From positions 31,620,001 through 31,684,000 of the forward strand of contig OZ024760.1 of assembly GCA_964016885.1 (NCBI GenBank): a stretch of DNA of 64,000 bases, read 5' to 3'. The notes beneath the pieces were generated by a model. It searched no databases. It saw nothing but the letters and a program-made list of their open reading frames with translations, and was not told where the DNA came from. This document shows positions 24,759 through 39,700 of this stretch, piece after piece (positions within the stretch are counted from its first letter, which is position 1; each line of letters starts with the position of its first letter). The DNA is from Eledone cirrhosa. Its lineage: Eukaryota. Both the position numbers and the translations under genes were made by a program.

Positions 24759-27700
24759 GTCAGTTCTCCTTCTTTCTTCTTTTTCAGTTTCTTCGTTTTT
24801 TAATTTAAAAAAAAAATTTTTTTGTAATTTTTAAAATAAAAATATTTCATTCAAGTTTTTTTTTTCTTAATTTTAATAAAAATTTTATAAATAATAAAAA
24901 CATTTTTTTGTAATTTTTAAAATAAATAAAATTTTTTATTTTTAAAATGAAAAAAAAATTAAAAGTAATTTAAAAAAAAATGTTTAAATAATTTTTTGAA
25001 TAATTAGAATTTTTTCAAAATAATTTTAAAAGATTTTTTAATAATTTTTAAATATAAAAATAAATTTTTTAAATAAAAAGAATTTTTTATTGAAATTTTT
25101 ATTTTTAAAAATATATTTTGTATTTTAATGATAGTCTTTATTTTATTGTATTATTTTATTGTATTACTTTATTGTAGTATTTGTGGTGAGGTTCTGGGGT
25201 CGGTGTTTTATTGTAATTTCTGTTATTTCAGTGTGTCAAACAATACTTATCTGTGATGATACGAGAAGGTAATGTCTTAGCAATTACCTGTCCTGATGCC
25301 CAGTGTAAAAAGCAAGGCAAATTTGATGCCCCAGAGGTAAGATAACATTATTCTTCGTCTCTCATTAGGCATGGGTTGATTAAGTTGACACTACAGTTGT
25401 AACAAACATGGGTTGGTTAGGTTGACAGTTGTGACAGACATGGGTTGGTTAGGTTCACACTACAGTTGTGACAAACATGTGTTGGCTAGATTGACAGTTG
25501 TGACAGACATGGGTTGGCTAGGTTGACACTACAGTTGTAACATGGGTTGGCTAGGTTGACACTACAGTTGTGACAGACCTGGGTTGGCTAGCTTGACACT
25601 ACAGTTGTAACATGGGTTGGCTAGGTTGACACTACAGATGTGACGGACCTGGGTTGGCTAACTTGACACTACAATTGTGACAGACGTGTTGGTTAGGTTG
25701 AGACTACAGTTTTGACAGACATGGGTTGGCTAGGTTGACACTACAGTTGTAACATGGGTTGGCTAGGTTGACACTACAGTTGTGACAGACCTGGGTTGGC
25801 TAGCTTGACACTACAGTTGTAACATGGGTTGGCTAGGTTGACACTACAGATGTGACGGACCTGGGTTGGCTAACTTGACACTACAATTGTGACAGACATG
25901 TGTTGGTTGGGTTGAGACTACAGTTTTGACAGACATGGGTTGGCTAGGTTGACAGTTGTGACAGACAGGGGTTGGTTAGGTTGACAGTTGTGACAGACAT
26001 GGGTTGGTTAGGTTGACACTACAGGTGTGACAGACATGGGTTGGCTAGGTTGAGACTACAGTTGTGACAGACGGGTTGGTTAGGTTGACAGTTGTGACAG
26101 ATATGGGTTGGTTAGGTTGACACTACAGTTGTGACAGACATGAGTTGGCTAGGTTGACACTACAGTTGTGACAGACATGGGTTGGCTAGGTTGACAGTTG
26201 TGACAGACATGGGTTGGCTAGGTTGACACTACACCTGTGACAGACATGGGTTGGTTGGGTTGACACTACAGTTGTGACAGACATGGGTTGACTAGGTTGA
26301 CATTTGTGACAGACGGGTTCGTTATGTTGATGCTACAGTTGTGACAGACATGGGTTGGTTAGCTTGACAGTTGTGACAGACATGGGTTGGCTAGGTTGAC
26401 AGTTGTGATGGACATGGGTTGGTTAGGTTGACACTACAGTTGTGACGGACATGGGCTAGCTAGGTTGACAGTTGTGACACATGGGCTGGTTAGGTTGACA
26501 CTACAGTTGTGACACATCGATTGGTTAGGTTGACACTACAGTTGTGACAGACATGAGTTGCTAGGTTGACACTACAGTTGTAACAGACATGGGTTGGTTA
26601 GGTTAACAGATGTGACACATGGATTGGTTAGGTTTACACTAAGTTGTGACAGACATGGGTTGGCTAAGTTGACAGTTGTGACAGACATGGGTTGGCTAGG
26701 TTGACAGTTGTGAGACATGGGTTGGTTAGGTTGACACTACAGTTGTAACAGACATGGGTGGGCTAGGTTGACAGTTGTGACAGACACGGGTTTAGGTTGA
26801 CAGTTGTGACAGACATGGGTTGGCACTACAGTTGTAACAGACATGGGTTGGTTAGGTTGACAGTTGTGACAGACATGGGTTGGCTAGGTTGACAGTTGTG
26901 ACAGACATGGGTTGGCTAGCTTGACACTACAGTTTTGAGAGACATGGGTTGGCTAGGTTGACAGTTGTGACAGACATGGGTTTAGGTTGACAGTTGTGAC
27001 GGACATGGGTTGGTTAGGTTGACAGTTGTGACAGACTTGGGTTGGCTAGGTTGACACTACAGTTGTGACAGACTTGGGTTGGCTAGGTTGACACTACAGC
27101 TGTAAAAGACATGGGCTGGCTAGGTTGACACTACAGTTGTAAAGGACATGGGTTGGTTAGGTTGACAGTTGTGATGGACATGGGTTGGTTAAGTTGACAG
27201 TTGTGACAGACATGGATTGGTTAGGTTGACACTACAGTTATAACAGACATAGGTTGGCTAGGTTTACAGTTTTGACACATGGGTTGGTTAGGTTGACATT
27301 CCAGTTGTGACAGGCATGGGCTGGCTAGGTTGACACTACAGTTGTATCAGACATGGGTTGGCTAGGTTGACAGTTTTAACACATGGATTCGTTATGTTGA
27401 CGCTACAGTTGTGAGAGACATGGGTTGGTTAGGTTGACAGTTGTGACAGATACGTTGGCTAAGTTGACAGTTGTGACAGACATGGGTTGGCTAGGTTGAC
27501 AGTTGTGACAGACATGGGTTGGCTAGGTTGACAGTTGTGACAGACATGGGTTGGCTAGGTTGACAGTTGTGACAGTCATGGGTTGACTAGGTTGACACTA
27601 CAGTTGTGACAGACATGGGTTGGTTAGGTTGACACTACAGGTATAAGAGACATGGGTTGGTTAGGTTGACACTACAGTTGTTACAGACATGGGTTGGCTA

Positions 27701-30700
27701 GGTTGACAGTTGTGACAGACGGGTTGGCTATGTTGACAGTTGTGACTGACATGGGTTGGCTAGGTTGACACTACAGTTGTTACAGACATGGGTTGGCTAG
27801 GTTGACAGTTGTGACAGACGGGTTGGCTAGGTTGACAGTTGTGACTGACATGGGTTGGCTAGGTTGACACTACAGTTGAGACAAACATGTGTTGGCTAGG
27901 TTGACACTACAGTTGTGACAGACATGGGTTGGTTTGGCTGACAGCTGTGACAGACGAGTTGGTTAGGTTGACACTACAGTTGTGACAGACATAGGTTGAT
28001 TAGGTTGACAGTCGTGACAGACGGGTTGGTTAGGTTGACAGTTATAACAGACATGGGTTGTTTAGTTTGACACTACAGTTGTGACAGGCAGGGGCTGGCT
28101 AGGTTGACACTACAGTTGTAACAGACATGGGTTGCCTAGGTTGACAGTTGTGACAGACATTGATTTACTAGTTTGACACTACAGTTGTAACAGACATGGG
28201 TTGGCTAGGTTGACAGTTGTAACAGATATGGGATCGTTAGGTTGACAGTTGTGACATGGGTTGCTTAGGTTTACACTAAGTTGTGACAGACATGGGTTGG
28301 CTAGGTTGATAGTTGTGACACATGTGTTGGTTAGGTTGACACTACAGTTGTGACAGACATGAGTTGGCTAGGTTGACAGTTGTAACAGACATGGGTTGGT
28401 TAGGTTGAGAGTTGTGACTGACATGGATTGGTTAGGTTGACACTACAGTTGTGACAACATGGGTTGGCTAGTTTGACACTACAGTTGTAACAGACATGGG
28501 TTGGCTAGGTTGACAGTTTTAACACATGGGTTCGTTATGTTGACACTACAGTTGTGGGAGACATGGGTTGGTTACGTTGACAGTTGTGACAGATACGTTG
28601 GCTAGGTTGACAGTTGTGACAGACATGGGTTGGCTAGGTTGACAGTTGTGACAGTCATGGGTTGGCTAGGTTGAGAATTATAACAGACATGGGTAGGCTA
28701 GGTTGACAGTTGTAACAGATATGGGATCGTTAGGTTGACAGTTGTGACATGGGTTGCTTAGGTTTACACTAAGTTGTGACAGACATGGGTTGGCTAGGTT
28801 GATAGTTGTGACACATGTGTTGGTTAGGTTGACACTACAGTTGTGACAGACATGGGTTGGTTAGGTTGACACTACAGTTGTGACAGACATGAGTTGGCTA
28901 GGTTGACAGTTGTAACAGACATGGGTTGGTTAGGTTGAGAGTTGTGACTGACATGGATTGGTTAGGTTGACACTACAGTTGTGACAACATGGGTTGGCTA
29001 GGTTGACACTACAGTTGTAACAGACATGGGTTGGCTAGGTTGACAGTTTTAACACATGGGTTCGTTATGTTGACACTACAGTTGTGAGAGACATGGGTTG
29101 GTTACGTTGACAGTTGTGACAGATACGTTGGCTAGGTTGACAGTTGTGACAGACATGGGTTGGCTAGGTTGACAGTTGTGACAGTCATGGGTTGGCTAGG
29201 TTGAGAATTATAACAGACATGGGTAGGCTAGGTTGACAGTTGTGACACATGGGTTGGTTAGGTTGACACTACAGGTATAAGAGACATGGGTTGGTTAAGT
29301 TGACACTACAGTTGTGACAGACATGGGTTGGCTAGGTTGACACTACAGTTGTAACAGACATGGGTTGGCTAGGTTGACAGTTGTGACAGACATGGGTTGG
29401 TTAGGTTGACAGTTGTTTACATACATGGGTTGGTTAGGTTGATACTACAGTTGTAACAGACATGGGTTGGCTAGGTTGACATTGGCTAGGTTGACACTAC
29501 AGTTGTGACAGGCATGGGTTGATTAGGTTGACACTACAGTTGTGACAGACATGGGTTGGTTAGGTTGACACTACAGTTGTGACAGACATAGGTTGATTAG
29601 GTTGACAGTTGTGACATGGGTTGCTGAGATTTATACTAAGCTGTGACAGACATGTGTTGGCTAGGTTGACAGTTTTAACATGGGTTCGTTAAGTTAACGC
29701 TACATTTGTGAGAGACATGGGTTGGTTAGGTTGACAGTTGTGACAGATACGTTGGCTAGGTTGACAGTCGTGACAGACATGGGTTGGCTAGGTTGACAGT
29801 TGTGACAGACATGGGTTGGCTAGGTTGATAGTTGTGACAGACATGGGTTGGCTAGGTTGACAGTTGTGACAGACATGGGTTGGCTAGGTTGACAGTTGTG
29901 ACAGACATGGGTTGGCTAGGTTGACAGTTGTGACAGACATGGGTTGGCTAGGTTGACAGTTGTGACAGACATGGGTTGGCTAGGTTGACAGTTGTGACAG
30001 ACATGGGTTGGCTAGGTTGACAGTTGTGACAGACATGGGTTGGCTAGGTTGACAGTTGTGACAGACATGGGTTGGCTAGGTTGACAGTTGTGACAGACAT
30101 GGGTTGGCTAGGTTGACAGTTGTGACAGACATGGGTTGGCTAGGTTGACAGTTGTGACAGACATGGGTTGGCTAGGTTGACAGTTGTGACAGACATGGGT
30201 TGGCTAGGTTGACAGTTGTGACAGACATGGGTTGGCTAGGTTGACAGTTGTGACAGACATGGGTTGGCTAGGTTGACACTACAGTTGTTACAGACATGGG
30301 TTGGTTAGGTTGACACTACAGGGATAAGAGACATGGTTGGTTAGGTTGACACTACAGTTGTAACAGACATGGGCTGGCTAGGTTGACACTACAGTTGTAA
30401 AGGACATGGGTTGGTTAAGTTGACAGTTGTGACAGACATGGATTGGTTAGGTTGACACTACAGTTGTAACAGACATGGGTTGGCTAGGTTGACAGTTTTA
30501 ACACATGGGTTCGTTATGTTGACGCTACAGTTGTGAGAGACATAGGTTGGTTAGGTTGACACTACAGTTGTGACAGACATAGGTTGACAGTTGTAACAGA
30601 CATGGGTTGGCTAGGTTGACAGTTGTGACACATGGGTTGGTTAGGTTGACACTACAGTTGTGACAGACATGGGTTGGTTAGGTTGACACTACAGTTGTGA

Positions 30701-33700
30701 CAGTCATGAGTTGGCTAGGTTGACAGTTGTGACACATGGGTTGGTTAGGTTGACATTCCAGTTGTGACAGGCGTGGGCTGGCTAGGTTGACACTACAGTT
30801 GTAACAGGCGTGGGCTGGCTAGGTTGACACTACAGTTGTAACAGACATGGGTTGGCTAGGTTAACACTACAGTTGTAACAGACATGGGTGGGCTAGGTTG
30901 ACAGTTGTGACCAACATGGGTTGACTAGGTTGACACTACAGTTGTAACAGACATGGGTTGGCTAGGTTGACAGTTGTGACAGACATGGTTTGGTTAGGTT
31001 GACAGTTATAACAGACATGGGTTGGTTGGGTTGAGAGTTGTAACTGACATGGGTTAGTTAGGTTGACACTACAGTTGTGAGAGACATGGGTTGGTTAGAT
31101 TGACAGTTGTGACAGATACGTTGGCTAGGTTGACAGTTGTGATTGACATGGGTTGGCTAGGTTCACACTACAGTTGTGACAGACATGGGTTGCTTGGGTT
31201 GACACTACAGTTATAAGAGACATGGGTTGGTTAGGTTGACACTACAGATGTGACAGACATGGGTTGGTTAGGTTGACACTACAGTTGTGACAGACATGGG
31301 TTGGCTAGGTTGACAGTTGTGACAGACATGGGTGGGCTAGGTTGACAGTTGTGACAGACATGGGTGGGCTAGGTTGACAGTTGTGACAGACATGGGTGGG
31401 CTAGGTTGACAGTTGTGACAGACATGGCTTGGCTAGGTTGACAGTTGTGACAGGCATGGGTTGGCTAGGTTGACAGTTGTGACAGACATGGGTTGGCTAG
31501 GTTGACAGTTGTGACTGACATGGGTTGGCTAGGTTGACACTACAGTTGTGACAGACATGGGTTGGCTAGGTTGACACTACAGTTGTGACAAACATGTGTT
31601 GGTTAGGTTGACACTACAGTTGTGACAAACATGTGTTGGTTAGGTTGACACTACAGTTGTGACAGACATGGGTTGGTTAGGTTGACACTACAGTTGTAAG
31701 AGACATGGGTTGGTTAGGTTGACACTACAGTTGTGACAGACATAGGTTGATTAGGTTTACGGTCGTGACAGACATGGGCTGGTCAGGTTGACAGTTATAA
31801 CAGACATGGGTTGTTTAGTTTGACACTACAGTTGTGACAGGCATGGGCTGGCTAGGTTGACACTACAGTTGTAACAGACATGGGTTGCCTAGGTTGACAG
31901 TTGTGACAGACATTGAGTGACTAATGTGACACTACAGTTGTAACAGACATGGGTTGGCTAGGTTGACAGTTGTAACAGATATGGGTTGGCTAGGTTGACA
32001 GTTGTGACATGGGTTGCTTAGGTTTACACTAAGTTGTGACAGACATGGGTTGGTTAGGTTGACACTACAGTTGTGACAGATATGAGTTGGCTAGTTTGAC
32101 AGTTGTGACAGACATGGGTTGGTTAGGTTGACAGTTGTGACAGACATGGGTTGGTTAGCTTGACTCTACAGTTGTAACAGACATGGGTTGGCTAGGTTGA
32201 CAGTTGAGAGAGATATGGGCTGGTTTTGTTGCAACGACAGTTGTGATAGATGGGTTGGCTAGGTTGACACTACAGTTTCAACTGATATCGGTTGGCGAGG
32301 TTGACACTACAGTTGTGACTGACATGGGTTTGTTAGGTTGACAGTTGGCCCAGACTTGGGTTGACTAGTTTGAAACTACAGTTGTAACAGTCATGCGTTG
32401 GCTAGGTAGACAGTTGTGACAGACATGCGTTGGTTAGGTTGACACTACAGTTGTAAAAGACATGGGTAGGCTAGGTTGACACTACAGTTGTAACAGACAT
32501 GCATTGGCTAGGTTGACAGTTGTGTCAGACATGGATTGGTTAGGTTGACACTACAGTTGTAACAGACATGGGTTGGCAAGGTTGACAGTTGTAACAAACA
32601 TGGGTTGGCAAGGTTGACAGTTGTAACAGACATGGGTTGGCAAGGTTGACAGTTGTGACAGACATGGGTTGGCAAGGTTGACAGTTGTGACAGACATGGG
32701 TTGGCAAGGTTGACAGTTGTGACAGACATAGGTTGGCTAGGTTGACTCTACAGTTGTAACAGACATGGGTTGGCTAGGTTGATAGTTGTGACAGACATGG
32801 GTTGGTTAGGTTGACAGTTGTGACAGACATGGGTTGGTTATGTTGACAGTTGTGACAGACATGAGTTGGGGTCGGTTGACACTACAGTTGTGACAGACAT
32901 GGGTTGGATAGGTGGACACTACCGTTGTAACAGACATGGTTTGCCTAAGTTGACACTACATTTGTAACAGACATAGGTAGACAGTTGTGACAGTCATGGG
33001 TTGGCTAGGTTGACACTACAGTTGTAACAGACATGGGTTGGCTAGGTTGACACTAAAGTTGTGACAGACATGGGTTGGCTAGGTTGATAGTTGTGACAGA
33101 TTGGTTAGTTTGACAGTTGTGACAGACATTGGTTGGTTAGGTTGACACTACAGTTGTGACAGATATGGCTTGGCTAGGTTGACAGTTGTGACAGACATGG
33201 GTTGGCAAGGTTGACAGTTGTGACAGACATGCGTTGGTTAGGTTGACACTACAGTTGTAACAGACATGGGTTGGCTAGGTTGACACTACAGTTGTAACAG
33301 ACATGGGTTGGCTAGGTTGACAGTTGTGACATAGGTTGGTTAGGTTGACAGATGTGACATGGGTTGCTTAGGTTTACACTAAGTTGTAACAGACATGGGT
33401 TGGCTAGGTTGACACTACAGTTGTGACAGGCATGGGTTGATTAGGTTGACAGTTGTGACAGACATGGGTTGGCTAGATTGACAGTTGTAACAGACATGGG
33501 TTGGTTAGATTGACAGATGTGACAGACAAGGCTTGGTAAGTTGACACTAACGTTGTAACAGACATGATTTGCCTAAGTTGACACTACATTTGTAACAGAC
33601 ATAGTGTGACAGTCATGGGTTGGCTAGGTTGACACTACAGGTGTGACAGACATGGGTTACCTAGGTTGACACTACAGTTGTAACATACATGGGTTGACTA

Positions 33701-36700
33701 GGTTGATAGTTGTGACAGAGATGGGTTAGTTAGTTTGAGTTGTGACAGACATGGGTTGGTTAGGTTGACACTACAGTTGTGACAGACATAGGTTGATTAG
33801 GTTGACGGTCGTGACAGACATGAGTTGGTTAGGTTGACGGTCGTGACAGACATGGGTTGGTTAGGTTGACAGTTATAACAGACATGGGTTGTTTAGTTTG
33901 ACACTACAGTTGTGACAGGCATGGGCTGGCTAGGTTGACACTACAGTTGTAACAGACATGGGTTGGCTAGGTTGACAGTTGTGACAGACATTGATTGACT
34001 AGTTTGACACTACAGTTGTAACAGACATGGGTTGGCTAGGTTGACAGTTGTAACAGATATGGGTTCGTTAGGTTGACAGTTGTGACATGGGTTGCTTAGG
34101 TTTATACTAAGTTGTGACAGACACGGGTTGGTTAGGTTGACACTACAGTTGTGACAGACATGAGTTGGCTAGGTTGACAGTTGTGACAGACATGGGTTTA
34201 GGTTGACAGTTGTGACAGACATGGGTTGGTTACCTTGACAGTTGTGACAGACATGGGTTGGTTAGCTTGACTCTACAGTTGTAACAGACATCGGTTGGCT
34301 AGTTTGACACTACAGTTGTAACAGACATGGGTTGGCTAGTTTGACACTAACGTCGTAACAGACATGGGTTGGCTAGGTTGACAGTTGAGAGAGATATGGG
34401 TTGGTTTGGTTGACACAACAGTTGTGACAGATGGGTTGGCTAGGTTGACACTACAGTTGTAACAGACATCGGTTGGCTAGGTTGACACTACAGTTGTGAC
34501 TGACATGGGTTTGTTAGGTTGACAGTTGGCCCAGACTTGGGTTGACTAGTTTGAAACTACAGCTGTAACAGACATGCATTGGCTAGGTTGACAGTTATGA
34601 CAGACATGGGTTGGTTAGGTTGACACTACAGTTGTAACAGACATGGGTTGGCTAGGTTGACAGTTGTGACATAGGTTGGTTAGGTTGACAGTTGTGACAT
34701 GGGTTGCTTAGGTTTACACTAAGTTCTAACAGACATGGGTTGGCTAGGTTGACACTACAGTTGTGACAGGCATGGGTTGATTAGGTTGACAGTTGTGACA
34801 GACATGGGTTTGTTAGGTTGACAGTTGTGACAGACATGGGTTGACTAGGTTGATACTACAGTTGTAACAGACATGGGTTGGCTAGATTGACAGTTGTAAC
34901 ATAGTGTGTCAGTCGTGGGTTGGCTAGGTTGACACTACAGTTGTGACAGACATGGGTTAACTAGGTTGACACTACAGTTGTAACAGACATGGGTTGACTA
35001 GGTTGATAGTTTTGACAGAGATGGGTAGGTTAGTTTGAGTTGTGACAGACATGGGTTGGTTAGGTTGACACTACAGTTGTAACAGACATGGCTTGGCTAG
35101 GTTGACAGTTGTGACAGACATGGGTTGGTTAGGTTAACAGTTGTGATAGACATTGGTTGGCTAGGTTGACACTACAGTTGTAACAGACAGGTTGACAGTT
35201 GTGACAGACATGGGTTGGCTAGATTAACACTACTTTTATAAGAGACAAGGGTTGGTTAGTTTGACAGTTGTGGCAGACATGGGTTGGTTAAGTTGACACT
35301 ACAGTTGTAACAGACATGAGTGGCCTAGGTTGACAGTTGTAACAGACATGGGTTCGTTATGTTGATGCTACAGTTGGGACAGACATGGGCTGGTTGACAG
35401 TTGTAACAGACATGGGTTCGTTAGGTTGCCAGTTGTGACAGTCATGGCTTGGCAAGTTGACACTACAGTGGTTACAGACATGGGTTGGCTAGGATAACAG
35501 TTGTGTCAGACATGGATTGGTTAGGTTGACACTACAGTTGTAACAGACATGGGTTGGCAAGGTTGACAGTTGTGATAGACATAGGTTGGCTAGGTTGACA
35601 CTACAGTTGTAACAGACATGGGTTGGCTAGGTTGACAGTTGTGACAGACATGGGTTGGTTAGGTTGACAGTTGTGACAGACTTGGGTTGGTTATGTTGAC
35701 AGTTGTGACAGACATGAGTTGGGGTCGGTTGACACTACAGTTGTGACAGACATGGGTTGGATAGGTGGACACTACCGTTGTAACAGACATGGTTTGCCTA
35801 AGTTGACACTACATTTGTAACAGACATAGGTAGACAGTTGTGACAGTCATGGGTTGACTAGGTTGACACTACAGTTGTAACAGACAAGGGTTGGCTAGGT
35901 TGACACTAAAGTTGTGACAGACATGGGTTGGCTAGGTTGATAGTTGTGATAGATTGGTTAGTTTGACAGTTGTGACAGACATTGGTTGGTTAGGTTGACA
36001 CTACAGTTGTGACAGATATGTCTTGGCTAGGTTGACAGTTGTGACAGACATGGGTTGGCTACGTTGACACTACAGTTGTAACAGACAGGTTTACGATTGT
36101 GACAGACATGGGTTGTTTAGGTTGACACTACAGATGTGACAGACATGGGTTGGTTAGGTTGACACTACTGTTGTAACAGACATGGGTTGGCTAGGTTGAG
36201 ACTACAGTTGTAACAGACATAGGTAGGCAGTTGTGACATACATGGGTTGGCTGAGTTGACACTACAGTTGTGACAGTCATGGGTTGGCTAGGTTGACACT
36301 ACAGTCGTGACAGACATGGGTTGGTTAGGTTGACAGTTGTGACAGACATGGTTTGCTTAGGTTGACAGTTGAGAGACATGGGTTGGGTAGGTTGACACTA
36401 GAGTTGTGACAGACATGGTTTGACTAGGTTGACACTACAGTTGTGACAGATGGGTTGGCTAGCTTGACACTACAGTTTTGACAGACATGGGTTGGCTAGG
36501 TTGACACTACAGTTGTGACAGACATGATCTGGGTAGGTTGACAGTTGTGACAGACATGGGTTCGTTAGGTTGACAGTTGTGACAGACATGAGTTGGGGTT
36601 GGTTGACACTACCGTTGTGACAGACATGGGTTGGCTAGGTTGACACTACAGTTGTAACAGACATAGGTTGGCAGTTGTGACAGACATGGGTTGACTAGGT

Positions 36701-39700
36701 TGACACTACAGTTGTGACAGACATGGTTTGGCTAGGTTGACAGTTGTAACAGACACAGGCTGTTTAGTTTGACAGGCGTGACAGATGGGTTTGTCTAGGT
36801 TGACACTACAGTTGTTATAGACATGGGTTGGTTAGGTTGACAGTTGTGACAGACATGGGTTGGGTAGGTTGATACTACAGTTGTAACTGACATGGGTTGG
36901 TTAGGTTGACACTACAGTTGTGACACATGGGTTGGCTAGGTTGACACTACAGATATGACAGACATGGGTTGGCTAGGTTGACACTACAGTTGTAACAGAC
37001 ATGGGTTGGTTCGGTTGACACTACAGTTGTAACAGATATCGATTGGCTAGGTTTACACTACAGTTGTAACAGACATGGGTTGGCTAGGTTGACACTACAG
37101 TTGTAACAGACATGGGTTGGTTAGGTTGCACTACAGTTGTAACAGACATGGGTTGGTTAGGTTGACACTACAGTTGTGACACATGGGTTGGCTAGGTTGA
37201 CACTACAGATATGACAGACATGGGTTGGCTATGTTTACACTACAGTTGTGACAGATCTGGGTTGGCTAGGTTGACAGTTGTGACAGACATGGGTTGGTTA
37301 GGTTGACACTACAGTTGTAACAGACATGGGTTGGCTACGTTGACACAACAGTTGTAACAGACATGGTTTGGCTAGGTTGATAGTTGTAACGGACATACGT
37401 TGGTTAGGTTGACAGTTGTGACAGACATGGGTTGGCTAGGTTGCCGCTACAGTTGTAACAGATATAAGTTGCGAGTTGTGACACACAAGGGTTGGTTAGG
37501 TTGACAGTTGTGACAGACATGAGTTGGTGTCGGTTGACACTACAGTCGTGACAGACATGGGTTGGCTAGATTGACACTACTGTTCTAACAGACAAGGGTT
37601 GGCTTGGTTGACAGTTGTCACAGACATGGGTTGGCTAGGTTGACACAACTGTTGCAACAGACATGGGTTGGCTTTGTTGACGGTTGACAGACATGGGCTA
37701 GGTTGACATTACAGTTGTGACAGACATGGGTTGGTTAGGTTAACAGTTGTGACAGACATGGGTTGGTTCGGTTGACACAACAGTTGTGACAGACATGGGT
37801 TGGCTAGGTTGACACTACAGCTGTGACAGACATGGGTTGGTTAGGTTGACACTACAGTTGTAACATATATGGATTGGCTAGGTTGACACTACAGTTGTAC
37901 CAGACATGGGTTGGCTAGGTTGACACTACAGTTGTAACAGATATGGGCTGGTTAGGTTGACACTACAGTTGTAACAGATATGGATTGGCTAGGTTTACAC
38001 TACAGTTGTAACAGACATGGGTTGGCTAGGTTGACACTACAGTTGTAACAGACATGGGTTGGTTAGGTTGACACTACAGTTGTAACAGACATAGGTTGGT
38101 TACGTTGACACTGCAGTTGTGACACATGGGTTGGCTAGGTTGACACTACAGTTGTAACAGACATGGGTTGGTTACGTTGACACTACAGTTGTAACAGACA
38201 TGGGTTGGTTAGGTTGACACTACAGTTGTAACAGATATGGATTGGCTAGGTTTACACTACAGTTGTAACAGACATGGGTTGGCTAGGTTGACACTACAGT
38301 TGTAACAGACATGGGTTGGTTAGGTTGACACTAAAGTTGTAACAGACATGGGTTGGTTAGGTTGAAAGTTGTGACAGACATGGGTTGGCTAGGTTGACAG
38401 TTGTGACAGACATGGGTTGGTTAGGTTAACAGTTGTGACAGACATGGGTTGGTTCGGTTGACACAACAGTTGTGACAGACATGGGTTGGCTAGGTTGACA
38501 CTACAGCTGTGACAGACATGGGTTGGTTAGGTTGACACTACAGTTGTAACATATATGGATTGGCTAGGTTGACACTACAGTTGTAACAGACATGGGTTGG
38601 CTAGGTTGACACTACAGTTGTAACAGATATGGGCTGGTTAGGTTGACACTACAGTTGTAACAGATATGGATTGGCTAGGTTTACACTACAGTTGTAACAG
38701 ACATGGGTTGGCTAGGTTGACACTACAGTTGTAACAGACATGGGTTGGTTAGGTTGACACTACAGTTGTAACAGACATAGGTTGGTTACGTTGACACTGC
38801 AGTTGTGACACATGGGTTGGCTAGGTTGACACTACAGTTGTAACAGACATGGGTTGGTTACGTTGACACTACAGTTGTAACAGACATGGGTTGGTTAGGT
38901 TGACACTACAGTTGTAACAGATATGGATTGGCTAGGTTTACACTACAGTTGTAACAGACATGGGTTGGCTAGGTTGACACTACAGTTGTAACAGACATGG
39001 GTTGGTTAGGTTGACACTAAAGTTGTAACAGACATGGGTTGGTTAGGTTGAAAGTTGTGACAGACATGGGTTGGCTAGGTTGACAGTTGTGACAGACATG
39101 GGTTGGTTAGGTTGACACTACAGTTGTAACAGACATGGGTTGGTTAGGTTGACACTACAGTTGTGACACATGGGTTGGCTAGGTTGACACTACAGATATG
39201 ACAGACATGGGTTGGCTAGGTTGACACTACAGTTGTGACAGACATGGGTTGGCTATGTTGACACTACAGTTGTGATAGATATGGGTTGGCTAGGTTGGCA
39301 GTTGTGACAGACATGGGTTGGTTAGGTTGACACTACAGTTTTGAGAGACATGGGTTGGCTAGGTTGACACTACAGTTGTGACTTGCTTTGGCTGGGTTGA
39401 CAGTTGTGACAGACATGGATTGGCTAGGTTGACACTACAGTTGTAACATACATAGGTTGACAGTTGACAGACATGGGTTGTTTAGGTTGACACTACAGTC
39501 GTGACAGACATGATTTGGTTAGGTTGACAATACAGTTGTGACAGACATGGGTTGGGTAGGTTGACACTACAGTTGTGACAGCCATGGGCTGGCTAGGTTG
39601 TCACTACAGTTGTGACAGACAGGGGTTGGTTAGGTTGACAGTTGAGAGACATGGGTTGGGTAGGTTGACACTAGAGTTGTGACAGACATGGTTTGACTAG

